A stretch of DNA of 64,000 bases from Chrysomallon squamiferum (GCA_012295275.1 CM022677.1:4464001-4528000), one strand, 5' to 3'. Counted from the stretch's first letter, positions 13,520 to 33,415 are shown. Notes: generated from the sequence alone by a model not told the origin. Numbers and translations are program-made.

Positions 13520-14310
13520 AATTTTTGGCTGGTAAAGTCTGCAGCTGGACAGGATCTGGTATTTCCAACTTGTTGCCTGGTGATGGACTTCATCCCAAGC
13601 AGCCACGATGGATACCAGTCACTGAATTCGTAAAAGCAGCAATTTCTACCATTCGTCATGAAGTGTGTCATGTTCCAATAGGTCTAGTGGTTGTCAGGGC
13701 AACCTCAGATGTTGCTGTTTGTGATGTTGAGAGGGTAGAAGATGTCTGAGTGGTCTCTGAGCTCTTGTTTTCCCACAGCACGGAGCTCTTCAATGAAGAA
13801 AGTCACTGTTCTGTGTTGTGTATCAGATACTTATCAGTGCTGTTGTGCAAGGCTAGGTCTTCAAGGACATCACTATGCTTTGGTCATCCAGTTCTTGCCC
13901 TGTCTTTGAATCAAACAACCAATGACAGTTTGGTTAAAGCTCAGATCTCTGCCATCCTCTCTACATGACGTTTCAGTAAAATGTATACGCCAGTAACCAG
14001 CCATTTTCATTATTTCAAACAGTCTTCAACCTGCCACAAACTTTCACAAACAAGAAGGACCATTCAGATCTCCTGTGTTAACATGTAATGGAATAAAACT
14101 CAAACTGCAAATCCATGTATGTCACTTCTGTGTCTGTCTGTCAGTGTGTTGCGTAGATCTCATTTAAATTATGTGATAGAATGAACATGTTTTCCATATA
14201 TGCAAATAACAACAACATAGAATTAAGAACTATGCTAACAGGCTCTATTTTGAAGAAAAAAAACTGTTATTCAATATTGATTTGGGTGGCACTTAAATTT
14301 TGCACAGGTG
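13520..14310 (-). mobile_element. Tc1/mariner transposon remnant (5' TIR plus decayed transposase N-terminus) in an EGF-gene intron
   Basis: Terminus TA-CACCTGTGCAAAATTTAAGTGCCACCC at about 14284-14312. Frameshifted paired-like HTH text (TSCREDGRDLSFNQTVIG...P*RP...DKYLIH...HKQQHLR) resembles the Tc1 GRPR-type DNA-binding region. Confidence 0.65.
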
Positions 14311-16859
14311 TATATGACAATTTTGACAATGATACACTTTTTTGTTCTTTGGATGAAATATATATAATTTATTTTATCAGTTCGTTTATTGCACAAAACA
14401 TTCACCATAATAGGAAGAAAAAATAATAATAACAATTAAAAAACAAATTGTTGAAAACAATTTTTAATCTGTTTGTTAATACTGTCAAATGACATTTCAA
14501 CAATAAAAAAGAAAAATCATATTTTGTAGATTAGACAAAATGTATTTGTATCAACAGAAACACACTTAAAATAGAAATAAATAATTTGTTTTCTATTTGT
14601 ACACCTCAACAGAATATATATAAAATATATTTGAGCTTTTCTCTCAATAGAGGTAATTCTTCTGTTTCTGTCAATACAAGTACATTTTAATTAGATAGTA
14701 TATAAAATATATTTTAATTTGAAAGTACATGAAGTATTTTTTAATTAGAAAGTATACAAAATATAATTTAATTAGAAACAATATAAAATGTATTTTAATT
14801 AGAAACCATATAAAATAAATTCTTTGTGTGTCTATCAACATAATAACATTTCAACTAGAAAGTACATTAAATATATTTTGCCTGCTTTTGTCCCCATATT
14901 ACACTTGAACTAAAAAGTATATAAAATGTATTTTGGCTATTTGAATATACAGATACATTAACAAACTACATTTTAAAGTGTTACTAACTTTTGTCGCAGT
15001 GAACACCTTCGTAGTCAGCTGTACAGTTACAGATGTATTTTCCTGAACCTTTGAGTTCAGCATTTATACAGGTTCCGTTTACACATGGACTACTGGCACA
15101 TTCATTAATATCTGTGAATACATGAATAAATGAGTGAATGAAAGAATAAAACAAATAAAGAAAGGAATAAACGAAGGAATAAAGTAACGAATGAATGAAT
15201 GTGATAAAGGAAGAAAGGAAGGAACGAATAAAACGAAGGAAGGAAGAAATGATTAAAGGAATTAATATTTTAATGAATAAAAAATTAAATGAACAAATAA
15301 ATAATTAAATAAATAAAAAATAACAAATGGTAAGAAATAAATATCTGGCAAAAATAATGAATATATAAAAAAACAAATAAATATTTGGTTACAGTAATGA
15401 AAAATAAATAAATGGTAAGCAAACTGATAACATATTTAAAAACATTTGCAAAAATGAATAAATGAATAACTAAATGGAAAATAAATAAATTATCTTGGTA
15501 AATTAACAGGATATATAAATTGACACATACACACACACACACACTCGTGTGTATTTTTTTCATTCATTGTCTTAGTTTTTCATTTGTATTTAACTGTAAG
15601 TATGTCCTCTAAATAAAGCCTGTGTTTCTGTTAAACATTTTAAAAGATTTCAGTTCATGAAAACGAATGGTAAATCAGAGAAAACTGGCTACAGCTGCTT
15701 ACTGTATTTAGTCAAATAATAATAATCTAGCCAGGTATTAACTCTCATCTGCAAACCATACCCTGCATAGCTGGGTATAGCTACTGTACAATGCAAACGA
15801 AAAAGCTGTTCAATAAAACTATTTTAACATCTGGTGAAAACATTAATAAAATGAAAGCTATTAAGAACACAAGCTTTTTGTTATATAAACAATTTTTGTT
15901 TTTTAAATTAAATGTTTTTAAATGTTTATTTATTTATTTAGAAAACTAGTTTTGTTAATTATTATTATTATTATTAATTTGTTATTGATTTTCGTGTGGT
16001 TTTTTATGGGGTTTTTGTGAGGTATTATCTTCTTTTTTATCCTAGTAAATGTTTTATGTTATTCTTATGATTATTATCATCGTTTTATCTTTTACAATAA
16101 CAACAAAAAATTTCAAATTCAAAATCATTATTAATTTAAATAATTATTAACTGATTCTGTTCTGATGTTTTTTCATTATCAAAACTTATTCTGACAAGTA
16201 AATAATATAATTAAGAATATTATTTTTTATTCAAAAATATTACAATTTATAAATGCAGATTCAATATATTCTGATTATAAACACTAATTAAATACATTGC
16301 AATAAAAATATTAACTAAATATATTATAAATTAAGGCCAATTAAATAAATTATAAATAAAATAAAATATATATTAACGTTAATTAAATAAATAGTAGTCA
16401 AATAATATTTAAATACATCAAATTACTTTAAATATAATTTATTACAAAAATATAATGCTAAACATAATTTATCATAATGTATATCGATAAATATAGTTTA
16501 TCATAACTTATAATGTTAAATATAATTTATTACCGTAAAATGATGTTAAATTTAATTAAGTATTATAATCAAAAATTTCATTAATTTTACCTTCTGAACA
16601 ATTTCGTCCTTCCCACCCAGGTGAACATGTACAGGTGTAATTATTATGCTCATCTGTACAATTTCCGTGTTGGCAAGGATTAGGTGAACATTCATCAGTT
16701 TCTGAAACAAACATATTTGAACAGAGTTGTCAGTAAAAGATTTTATACACAGTGATATCCATTTTAAAATGAACTCACAAGAATATATCGAGAAATATGA
16801 TGATGTACTGGAGAAAGATAGAGATGTGATGAGAATGATAGGAGAGAGAGAGGGAAGGG

Positions 16860-16950
16860 AAGAGAATGAGAGAGAAAGAAGGAAAGAGAATGAGAGAGAA
16901 AGAAGGAAAGAGAATGAGAGAGAAAGAAGGAAAGAGAATGAGAGAGATAA
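16860..16950. repeat. 24-bp GA-rich minisatellite
   Basis: gagaatgagagagaaagaaggaaa, 3-4 copies. Confidence 0.85.
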
Positions 16951-17817
16951 TGAGAAGAGGGAAAAGATGAGAAAAGCAAAGGAGATTATAAAGACAGACA
17001 GAAGGATAAATAGAACCATAGAGAGAAAGAAAGAAAAAAGAGAAATAGAGACAGAGAGAGAGAAAATATAAAATATTCAAAATTAAAGTAATAATAAATT
17101 AAATTTGATAACGTAAATATATTCAATTTTATTATTATACATACTCACAAAAACAGTTATAGAGAATATATACAAGTGTTTTTAAGTATAAATTTTAAAA
17201 GGTAGTAAAAATATTTAACTATAAAGATAAATAATAATTTTTGCTAGCAAAGAAAAACAGGAATATTTTCTTTACCTTTTGAACAATTTTTTCTTTCCCA
17301 GCCAGGGGTACAAGTACAATTATAATCATTAACTTTGTCTGTACTTGCATTATTCTGACAAGGATTTGGGTCACAGTCATTAATATCTGAAGCAAAATGT
17401 ACATCTAAGATATCACACTTTTCAAGAGAGAAGAAATAAGCAACAGGAAGAAATAACAAAAGGACAGAAAAATAAAGAGAGAGAGAATGGTGGGCAGCAA
17501 AAAACAAAACAAATAAATTTATAATGTATTAAATTGAACTGCTTAATCACATCACGTTTTTCTTGTTTATTTATTTATTTATTTACTCTTTTTTTTTTTA
17601 ATATAAAATTATTTAGACCGATACACATTTTAAAAGTTGTAAATTCAAATAACCAAACAGAAAAGCTTAGAAATAATTACATTACCCATTGAACAATTTT
17701 TTTTTTTGTTCAATAATATAAAAAATAAACATGTTATGAAAAACAGTAATTCAATAAAAGCATGTTATTTAATAAATGATTTTGAAAAATAAATAAATAA
17801 ATAAATATATAAAATCA

Positions 17818-17961
<144 letters not shown>

Positions 17962-18303
17962 TTAAACATATACAAATAAAATACCAGTAAATATATATAA
18001 ACATTGTCTGCTGAAATGATTGTACAGTGAAATTATATTTAAAAAGACTAGTTTAATTCAAAATAGGTTTTCAATTCAAATGTTAGAATTTCACTTAATA
18101 ATTAACAATAATGAACACTGAATATTGCCCAAACAAATTCAAATATTTTCTTTGTATGTTTGAAGAAAATTTTAAACTTCTGTAATGAAATTTTACAAGA
18201 GAAAATTGACAACAACAATAACAAAAAAAAAAAAGATGTAGAAATCTAAATGCAAAGAGACAAAAATTTGGTAATGAATTGTGATTTCAGCAAATTAACA
18301 AAC

Positions 18304-18354
<51 letters not shown>

Positions 18355-20034
18355 TCTTATTCAAACGAAAGCAATGATAATGCAAAAATACAAACAAAAA
18401 TCTTGCTGAAAATTAAACCAAGTGAAATACCCACAATTTAATTTTAAACTGATGAAAATAAAAATAAGATGTAATTACTCACAAACAAGCTTATTAAAAA
18501 CAAACTGCTCAGTTATTAAAGGAAAATAAAACAATTACTAAGTACAACAAACAGCAACTCAAATATAAAAGATATCACACTGCCATTTATTTGTCAAAAA
18601 TATTTGTAAACGTAACACAGCCTTGTTGAAAAGAATGCCACTAGAATTAATCTTTAGTAATTTCAATATGTGGAAGAGAAATAATACATATACATATATA
18701 TATTTTTTTTTAAATATAACTGATCTTATTTTAATGAATTAGCTTAAATGAAATACAAGCAAAGAAATTTAACTCAACTATAAAAATGAAAACAATGAAA
18801 AAGAATAATCACCGTTTTTTGTCTAAAATTTGTTTATCTGGAAAATATTTCATAATTACTAGTCAAGGGAAGCAACCCCAGATGTTACCCATCTCACCAC
18901 AATCAAGAAAAGTAATTATAAAAATGACCAAATATTTGAGTTTTCATTTTTTAAAGCAAAACTTAAAAAGTCTTTGTTATTTTTCCTTTTTAGTTACATA
19001 TAATTTCCTTTTTAATTACATATAATTTATTTTTTAAAATGGTAAATAATTAAATTATTAGAAGATCCAGTTACACTGAAATCACAATTATTACAGTAAA
19101 ACAATAATAATGAATACAATAAAAATAAAATTAAAATAATCATTTTATTTCAGTTTTCATTGTGCTTTGTTCACAAATTATATTCCAAAAACATATTTAT
19201 AAATATGATACTTTTTAAAGATTTTCATAAATTATGTTGCAAACTACAAGCATGAAATAAACATTTAATGTTAAGAATATGACTAGATTTAATTTTCAAA
19301 AATGTATATATATATATATATAAATATATTAAAGTGACGAATACAGAAAAACAATAAAGGTGCATAAGCCTGTGTTTGTTATAAATATTTATTTATGTTA
19401 TCTCTTGTGATTTATAAAGTTACAATTCCAAGATTTACAATAAATTATAATATTAACTCAAAGTGAGACAGATTTCATACTTGTGATAACAACTTAACCA
19501 AATGGGACAGTCAAAAATCAAACATGACAGTCAAAATCATAGCATTACCTAATCCGACAGTCAAAAATCTGTCATGTCTAACAGTGAAACATTACAGCCT
19601 TATGTAACTGCACAGTCAAAACTGAGAAATACTAAACCAGAACATTATTGGAACATTACTAAATCTATCAGTTAAAATCAGAATAATATCAAATTTGACA
19701 CTGACAATCAAAATACTAATAAGCCAAATACAAATATAATTCATAACATTTTTATTAAAAAGAAAGAACAAATGTGTTTTAAAATATTAATGACAAAAAC
19801 AAGAAATAAGTCAAAATAAAAATGCATAGAGTATTAAAATAATCATAATAAATAAAAAAATACATGTGTTAGTTTTAATTATTTAATTATATGTATATTA
19901 TAGGTTTTGTAACAGGTAACTTTTAAAAAAAAAATAATAAAAAATTAAAAGTAACAATATGAAGTACAGCTGATTTGTTTTAGAATTTTGTTTTATATAT
20001 TATTATTATAATTACTGTGTATTTCTTTAAACTG

Positions 20035-20165
20035 AGAATGGGTCAAATCAACAAGATGTGACCACTGACACATAATAGGTCAATGTCACCCAGTTTTCAC
20101 ACAAAGGGTCAAAGTCATTACATTTTACACAAAATGGGTTAACATGATCAATTCTTACTATGATA
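20035..20165 (-). pseudogene. Isolated Cys-containing exon-like block, possibly upstream part of the EGF gene
   Basis: Acceptor atttgctcag followed by DIIVRIDHVNPFCVKCNDFDPLCENWVTLTYYVSVVTSC*. Confidence 0.3.
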
Positions 20166-20200
20166 TCTGAGCAAATAAGCAAGAAGCTGAGCTTATATAA

Positions 20201-20237
<37 letters not shown>

Positions 20238-21382
20238 TATATATGTGTCTGTGTTTGTGTAGGTAGTGTGGTGTGTGTGCCTGTGTATACAATGTTTGTA
20301 TAAATAAAAATGTTTGTTGATTTACATTTGCAGTGCAGTCCAATTTCTTCCAGCCAACCAGAAAAATAAGAAAATATTTATCAGAGACAAAATATATCCT
20401 CAAAATTACCACAACATTCAAAGCAAAACCAGCATAAAATAATTATATCTGTACAAATACTATAAAAATTAGAGATGGCATCTTTCTGTTACTTCAAGAA
20501 ATGTTAAAAATTAAATAGAGTTCTTTATGGCCTATTTTATTTGGTCATAAGTTAAAGTCTGGTTTGAACTGTACCAAAAAACCCTGGACCTAAATAATGC
20601 TTGCAAATGTTTTCATTTACCTATGTCTGGATATTAAATAAATTTTATTATGTTTTACTGGTTAAAGGTGCTGCCTGTTGTTAAGAATTTTTTTTTTCAA
20701 TAATTTCTTTTGAAACATTTGGTAATAAAAAAACCTAACAAAATATTTTAAATTGATGAATTAATAACAGTAATACTAATACAAGGAAACCAATATTATT
20801 TTTAAGATATTTAGTTTTAATTTTTAACTTTCATTTTTATATTTTCAAACAGTGGTTTCATAATAATAGTAATAATAGTAAAATTAAAATAATTAATAAT
20901 GAATCATTTACAATCTGAAAAAACAACAAAAAAAACCATAAAATAAAAACCATTGTACAGTCAGTTATTAATTGTTATTATTTCTTTATTCTTGTCAATA
21001 TTTAAAAACAAAATATTGCTTTATAACTAGTATATATGAAACTATCAATTAAAAGACCTGCAATTAAATAAAAATAATAAAATAACAAAGTTAATGAAGA
21101 AGATAAAAAATAACCATCAACTAAAAACTTTAGAGAATTTTTTTTTTCTTTTTGAGATGACAAGGATATAATGACTAATTAAAAAATAGATATTTTGCCT
21201 CAGTTTGTTAAACTAAACATGCAGAATTTGTATGACTCATAAATATTAAAAATGTAATAATAATAATTTTAAAAACATTTGGTTTAAAAAAAAAAGGTGA
21301 TGAAAATAATAATAAAAATAGGTATGTCAACTCATCAGATACTGAAAATGTTAGTTTAATACAAATTTTCTTTTTCACTGTT

Positions 21383-21434
<52 letters not shown>

Positions 21435-21833
21435 AAAAAAAAATAAATAAAAAAATAATAATAATAATAAAAAAAATAAATAAAATATAAACAAATTTAC
21501 ATTTTATAAATTTAACCCCCTAAATTTTTTTTTTAATTTTTATTCTTAAAATAGTAATAATAATAGTAATAATAATAATAAAAATAAAATGTTTTCTCAG
21601 ACATGTGATAAAGAAATAAATGTTTCAGGTTTTAAAATTTATGCAGAATTGTATCATATTCATGCTTAATAAAAGTAAACATAAATTATTAATTTAATTA
21701 ATTAATTAATTTACTTTAGTACAGTAACATTCTTTTATATAAATCTTTTGATACAAAATTTTATTTTTAACTTAAAAATATTTAACTTTAAAAACTGGTT
21801 TTATGATCTTTTTATTATGCCAGGAAAAAACAA

Positions 21834-21868
<35 letters not shown>

Positions 21869-23443
21869 CCTGAAAAAAAAAAATTATAACAATAATAATG
21901 ATAATAACCAGGTAATACATATATGCATAGATCATAAATTATGTGAAATATTTAAAAACAATTTTGACAGAAAAAATAAAATAAAATAATGGTAATAAAA
22001 ACCAGAGAGATCCCGCATAAAGATACCTTCCACAAAAGCTCCACCCCCATGAAAACAATCTTCCACCATTGCCTCAAAGTTAGATTTATTTTACATTTAT
22101 ATCAGGTGAGCTAACAATACCAGGCAAACAAAAACTAAAAAACAAAAAAAATAATAATAATAAAATAAAAAAAATTCAATCAAAAAATAAGAAGAAAATG
22201 AAAAAATAAAAATGAAGATGGCAACAACTATAAAGGATAAAGATAATAATAATTATTATTATTACTATTATTATAATAAAAATTAATAAAATGATTTAAA
22301 ATCATGAAGCCTGTACAACTAATTAAAATAAAACATAATTAACCCATCAACCTGGAAACCACCTCCATTTTAAAAAAAAAATAAAAAAAAAAAAAATCCC
22401 TAATTATGAAACATATTATTATACAGTCATGTCATACATATACATGAGATGAGGGCAGAGTCAAATATTAGCCCCACCCAATATCATGAATGATGCAATA
22501 AAATTTGACTTAAAGAGCAACTGATAATTAATTTTTATACAGCACCATATATATGAAATCTTTGCAGTTTTGCAACAAAAATGAATTAACATATATATTT
22601 ATTTTTTTATTTTTTCTTATATACGACCTTACTCATTTACATCAAGGTAATATAGAGATAATATATTTATATACACATTTATTTTATTATTTACTTTATG
22701 ATCGGAGAATAAAAATTCAAAATTATTTCTTAAACGTATGACTCCAAGCTTACTTCACAATATCTATCTGACAAAAAGTTACATGGTCAATTTTAGTGTT
22801 TTTACTTATTTTTCTTTTCTTTGCAATGATTAGTTTGTGAACACATATTTCTTTTCTTTTCATTCAAAGAGAAAAATAGAATTAACTATTTAACCAGAGA
22901 GTGTCATATATATATATATAACTGTGTGCAGGGTGTAATACCCCTTATCACAATATTACCAAGCAGTTTAAAACAGATTAAGACAAAAACAAAAAAATGT
23001 ATATCATAACTATATCATAACAAGTATATACATGAACATTCATTTAATGTGAATGCAGAATATTAACAAATACAATATTTCTTGATACTTGTTTTTTTGT
23101 TGTTGTTGTTTTGTTTATTTTTTTTTTCCTTCTGTTGTTTTGGAGGTTGATTTTTTTTTTTCTGTTTCAAGTTTTTGTCCTTTTTGTGTTGTTTTAGTTT
23201 TTTTTTTAAATTTATTGGTTTTTTATACATTATTATTTATTTATTTATTTAACAAGCAGTTAATCACTGTAGAATCAAGGCTGATGATCCATTTCTTCAC
23301 CTCATTTTTCCCTTCATCCGACAATAAGCAAGTTTACAAAGTCACAGATATAACTTAATTGACATCAACCAAAAATAAAACGGGGGAGGGAAATCCCAGC
23401 TTCATTATTCAAATAAAAATAATAATAATAATAATAATAAAAA

Positions 23444-23487
<44 letters not shown>

Positions 23488-23794
23488 TGACACACATGAT
23501 GAGTAAGCTGGAGAACATTTACAGTTTTAGTCATTTTATTCAGCACAATGCTTATTCATGTTTTTCAATTTTAAAAATCAATATTATGTTGTTTTTTTGT
23601 TGTTTTCTTCAGTGAGCCACAGTTTTGGTTTATTATGATTGTAATTCTTTGGGTTTTTTTTCCTCTTCCAAATTTAATTACTGCTCCCAACACCAGTTAT
23701 GTGTTAAAAAAAAAAAAAAAAAAAATAAATATAAAAAAAAAAAAAAAAAAAAGAAATATATTCAATTTTTCAAACCGTTACAGGTATTTTCCAA

Positions 23795-23830
<36 letters not shown>

Positions 23831-24932
23831 CCAAAAGCCACTTTTCATGTTATTTTTCTCTCTGAGATAATAATTGGCTCATTTTCTCCTGACTGGATTC
23901 AATCCTGGTTTTTATTTTTAAGCTCTCGTCAGTCAAAACTGACAACAAAATCATCTTACAAATTTCTTCTCTGTTCTTTCTAAAATACAGTCACAAAACT
24001 TCCACCAATCCAAGAAAAAATTTTCTCCACTTATTTTTCCTTAAAACAAAACTCAGAAATGCGAACTTGAGAACGTCATCATTTTCTTTTGTTGATGAAA
24101 AAAAATCCAATAAAGTTGAAAATGATTTAAGCATCTGAGTGTTCGGTTTTGCCAAAGATGATGAAGTTGTTTTGAAACGATCAGTCCACGATATTTATAT
24201 ATTTAAAAAAAAAAAAAAGTCTGAAAAAAGTCACATCCATTTATAAATCATGTTTTTTAAAATCTTATTTTTCCTGGCATAAAAAACAACAACAAAAAAA
24301 CAAAAAGGGTGAAAGAAAAAAAAAATGGTTTAGTTTCAACCTGCATAACAGAAATTTCTTCACTGTATTTTTTTTTGTGTTGTTGTTTTCTTAAACTTCC
24401 TCCTTTTTGAATTAAATACAAAATAAACAACAACAATAACAACAGAAAAAAAATCTTTCATTTTTCATTCTACTGTTGCAACACATAATAATAATATGCA
24501 AAAGCCCCCCCAAAAAAAAAATCATCATTTCAATTTCACTTCAGAAGGGCATGGAAATAATCCACTCGTTATACTTTTCTCCTGTCGTAAATGTAATATG
24601 CAGAGCCAAAATAAATTCAGCACATCTTTTTTTTTCTTAACTTCTTTGGGAAGAGAAGGAAAAGGGGGAATAACTCAATCACTTTATGTATCGGTGCGAC
24701 CTATATAATCAAGGATATGCTGAGTGAAAAAGGCAACCAAAATAGCGAAGATCACAAAAATAACAACAATTATGGCTGCCCACTGCTGGTCAGTCAGCTG
24801 TCGAGATTCTGTCGACTTGAAATCGACAGATTTTTAGGAGTTTGAGTGCTCAGGCTCGGGGCTCAGTGTCGTGAACGTCACCCCGGGGCTGAATGCGTCG
24901 TCTCTGCGCTGTCGAACTGCACACACTCTCGC

Positions 24933-25260
24933 GTGGTAGTCAGTCTTTGTTTGTAGCTTTCCAGCTTCAACTGAACACTGAGCCCGCGGTACAACTGTAA
25001 AGTGTCAACAGAGTGTTCTTAGCTCATCTTTATCATCACAATCAGTACACACTGACTCTGTCTGTCTCTCTCAGTCTCTCTCTCTCTCACACTCTGTGGT
25101 AGTCAGTCTTTGTTTGTAGGTTTCCAGCTTCAACTGAACGCTGGGCCCACGGTACAACTGTAAAGTGTTACAGAGTGTTCTTAGCTCATCTTTATCATCA
25201 CAATCAGTACACACTGACTCTGTCTGTCTCTCTCAGTCTCTCTTTCTCTCTCTCTGTCTG
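24933..25260 (-). repeat. Tandem duplication (about 165 bp) of the FNDC3 last-exon acceptor and exon start
   Basis: gtggtagtcagtctttgtttgtag...acaactgtaaagtgt...cagagtgttcttagctcatc occurs twice. Confidence 0.9.
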
Positions 25261-25315
25261 TGTCTGTTTCACTCTGACTCTCTCTCTCTCATATATATAT
25301 ACATACACACACACA

Positions 25316-25322
25316 CTGTTTG

Positions 25323-25383
<61 letters not shown>

Positions 25384-25438
25384 GACATCCTAAGACAACA
25401 AGGAAGACAAATAAACACGTGTTTACCTGTTTGTACCT

Positions 25439-25490
<52 letters not shown>

Positions 25491-25559
25491 CACACACACA
25501 CACAGACATCCTAAGACAACAAGGAAGACAAATAAACACGTGTTTACCTGTTTGTACCT

Positions 25560-25608
<49 letters not shown>

Positions 25609-25658
25609 CCTAAGACAACAAGGAAGACAAATAAACACGTGTTTACCTGTTTGTACCT

Positions 25659-25705
<47 letters not shown>

Positions 25706-25755
25706 CCTAAGACAACAAGGAAGACAAATAAACACGTGTTTACCTGTTTGTACCT

Positions 25756-25803
<48 letters not shown>

Positions 25804-25851
25804 TCCTAAGACAACAAGGAAGACAAATAAACACATGTTTACCTGTTTGTA

Positions 25852-25892
<41 letters not shown>

Positions 25893-26027
25893 GACATCCT
25901 AAGACAACAAGGAAGACAAATAAACACGTGTTTACCTGTTTGTACTCACACACACACACACACACACACACACAAGACATCCTAAGACAACAAGGAAGAC
26001 AAATAAACACATGTTTACCTGTTTGTA

Positions 26028-26072
<45 letters not shown>

Positions 26073-26130
26073 GACATCCTAAGACAACAAGGAAGACAAA
26101 TAAACACGTGTTTACCTGTTTGTACTCGTG
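25316..26130 (-). repeat. Eight copies of the FNDC3 exon end plus donor (about 57 bp) separated by (CA)n
   Basis: GTACAAACAG|GTAAACACGTGTTTATTTGTCTTCCTTGTTGTCTTAGGATGT followed by (GT)n, eight times. Confidence 0.95.
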
Positions 26131-27529
26131 GTCGTGACTGTCAAGTCGCTGAACCTGCAGCAAATAAACAATCACATCGCCCGCCATCGGCCTGCAGCTC
26201 TGCCTCTCCACAACACAGCTTGTCAGCGTCATGTTGTACAGCTTCGGCGCTGAAACACAACTCGCACAACTTCGTCAACAACGGCGTTACGATTTAAAAA
26301 AAAAACTTACAGGAAAGGAAGATATTCAGATATAAATAAAAGAAATGGGGATGCATACTGATAGAAGAAAGAAAAAAGAAAGAAAGAAAGAAGGAAGGAA
26401 AAAGAAATCAAAGAATGAAAGAAGGCAAAAAAAAAAAAAAAAAAAAATAAGGAATAAAATAAAATAAATAGTAATTTAAAAAAAAAAGGAACTGGAAACA
26501 ATTAATTATAGATTATAACGAAACACATACCTAATTTTATTTTATAAGAATAACTTATGGCAATAAAAGAAATAAATGAAATAATTTCTGAATCAAAATT
26601 CACATACTCAAACTTAAACCATTGTCACATTTAATTCCTTTATTTATTATAAATTAAAATAATAATAATAATAAAATAAAAAGATCTTGAACTTTTCAAA
26701 CTTACAACAAAAAACAGAAAAAAATAACAGGACTGCAATAAGACATTTCCACGCATCGACTGATTTAAATATATACGTACGTCTCATGGCAGGGGGCGGG
26801 GCTACGGTTGTTTTAAACGTGTAGGTGTCAGAATAAGGACCGCCCCTGCGTCGTTGCTGGCAAATATTCAGAACTCGTAACTCGTCAACTGTGACAGCTT
26901 GTTGACCTTGTGAGTGTGCGCAGGTCCGGTGTACACTGCCTGAAAACACACACACAGACAGATGAACAGACTATAACATCAATCTTATAGTTATCAAAAA
27001 GTTATCAAAAAAATAAAAATAATCATTGAATGAATCCACATTATGCAGAGTTTGGACAATCTTCAAAAAAAACACCCCCCAAAACAACAAGAACAATAAT
27101 AATTTAAAAAAAATAATAATAAATAAATAAATATATAAATAATAACAAAAAATAAAATATGTACAGTTTAACATACTGTTAAGGATCAATATAAAATTTA
27201 GTAGACAGCTATAAAAAATTGATCAGATAAATGCCATCTCACACTGAATGTTATTATTTTTTTTTTATTTTTTTTTTTTTACCAACAACCCAAACATTTA
27301 GCAATATTAATTTTTTGCTTTTCTTCCAAAAAATATTATTTATTTATTTATTATAACATTTTGATTTAACCAACCTGCCGTCGTCTTTCTCCATCTCTAA
27401 TGTATAGGTCAAAAGGTCAGTGTTTCGACAGTCTGGGAGGACTGGGTGGGAGTGCCCAGGTGGTCACTTTGACAGGGGCACTGAATGCTCCAACTCCTAT
27501 ACCATTCACTGCCAGGATTCGGATTACTA

Positions 27530-31285
<3,756 letters not shown>

Positions 31286-31456
31286 AGTAAAAGACTTACA
31301 GGAATGACCAGGAATCGGCCAGGATCTCAAGACATTTGGGCAAACTCTTCTGCAAACTCTTGGAAAGATGGACGGCTTTCTGCATCCAACGTCCAACCTG
31401 AAATTTGTTTTAATAATCCAAAAATATCCTCAGTGATTTCAACCATGTAATACTGG

Positions 31457-31780
<324 letters not shown>

Positions 31781-32799
31781 AGTGTTATGCATAATATTGA
31801 GAAGGAAACTGCAGTGTCTTTGCATGACGATGTTTATGACTCACACTGGATCATGATGACGTGAACGTAGGCGGAGCAGATTGGGGGCTGTGGTAGTCGC
31901 TCTCCACTCTCTAGGAAATCAACAAGTTCGTGGAGGCAGATGTTGTCGTATGGTGTTTGACCAAATGTAAACAGCTCCCACACAGTGACTCCTGAACAAA
32001 AAAACAAACAATTATTTTTAAAAATTAATCACTTCCATCGTTTCAAATTTGTTTACATCCTGTCTCAGTGAAATGTTTTTACTATCACAAAACAAGAATA
32101 GAAAATTAACATTCAATATTTCATTATTGAACCTGTAATATTAGTTTTCATGCTTTATTATTATCAAAGATTAGTATTAAAAATATTAATTTCAAAATGA
32201 GTAAGAGAAAGATATTTTAGACTGTCTGTTCTTATAAGTACACTTTAACTTTATTATTTATATTTTTCATTCTACAAGCAGGTGTTAAAATTGATACATC
32301 TTATTCAATTGTCATTTCTGCATTAATATTTTTAAAAAATAAGGTTATACCATAACTCCAGACATCAGTTTTGTGCGTGAATATTCTGTCATGTATGCAC
32401 TCCAGAGCTAACCACCTGAGAGGCATCTGAAACAGTGAAAAAGAATAAAAACCTGTTTTTCATACATTTTCTTGTTTATAGCTTAAAATCTGACATTAAT
32501 CTTTTCAAAACTTCACTTCTTCAATGTTCCCTATTATTAAGAAAACAGAATTTAAACTTTTCAATAGTTAAAATACGAATTTGACAAATTTATCAGTGTT
32601 TTTGATTAGTAAGAAATGTGAATTACTACTGTTCCACTCACTTTTCCACCAGCAGCTCGGTACTCCTCCTCACAGTAATCAAGAAGTTTAGCTAATCCAA
32701 AATCGGTGATCTTCACCTGATTCATGGTTTGTACTGTACAAAGACAAAAAATAAAATAAACATAATGTCAAAACTTTATTTACTATTTCAGTGATTATA

Positions 32800-32819
32800 A
32801 GAATAATAATAATAATAAC

Positions 32820-32901
<82 letters not shown>

Positions 32902-33347
32902 TTACAATTATTACTTTTATTACTTTCATTATTACTACTACTATGATTATTACTATTATTACTGTTATTACTATTATAATTACTATAGTTATTATTATTA
33001 CTGTTGTTGTTATTATTACTACTACTACTACTCTTATTATTATTTTATTATTATTGCTGCTATTGTTATTATTACTATTATTTGAAATGTTGAAAATGTA
33101 TTTACTTATTTATTTATTGTTTTGTAAAGCTGACTAACAAAGATTCTAATTAATCTTTTAGAGGAAAAATACTTTTTTAAAATAGAGAAAGAAATAAAAC
33201 AAAACTACTTTCTATTGGATCTAGACCATCACACGAGTCAGCACACTCCTCTCCATGACTTACTGAACAACAACAATAAACAATATTAGTAATAATAATA
33301 ACAATAACAATAATACGAATAATAATAGTAATAATAATAACAACAAC

Positions 33348-33415
<68 letters not shown>

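Larger units (their letters stand above)
24684..27526 (-). pseudogene. FNDC3A: FNDC3 (fibronectin type III domain-containing 3) last four exons: 27375-27526, 26781-26939, 26116-26249, 24684-24994
   Basis: IRILAVNGIGVGAFSAPVKVTT.ALPPSPPRL; VYTGPAHTHKVNKLSQLTSYEF*IFASNDAG; PKLYNMTLTSCVVERQSCRPMAGDVIVYLLQVQRLDSHDHEYKQ; C-terminal tail anchor QLTDQQWAAIIVVIFVIFAILVAFFTQHIL. Stops, frameshifts and an internal deletion. The long AT-rich tract to the left is probably 3' UTR. Confidence 0.9.

Noticed and set aside
16552-17080. Hydrophobic or charged ORFs
   Set aside because: GA-rich intronic repeat; the real EGF exon is in another frame
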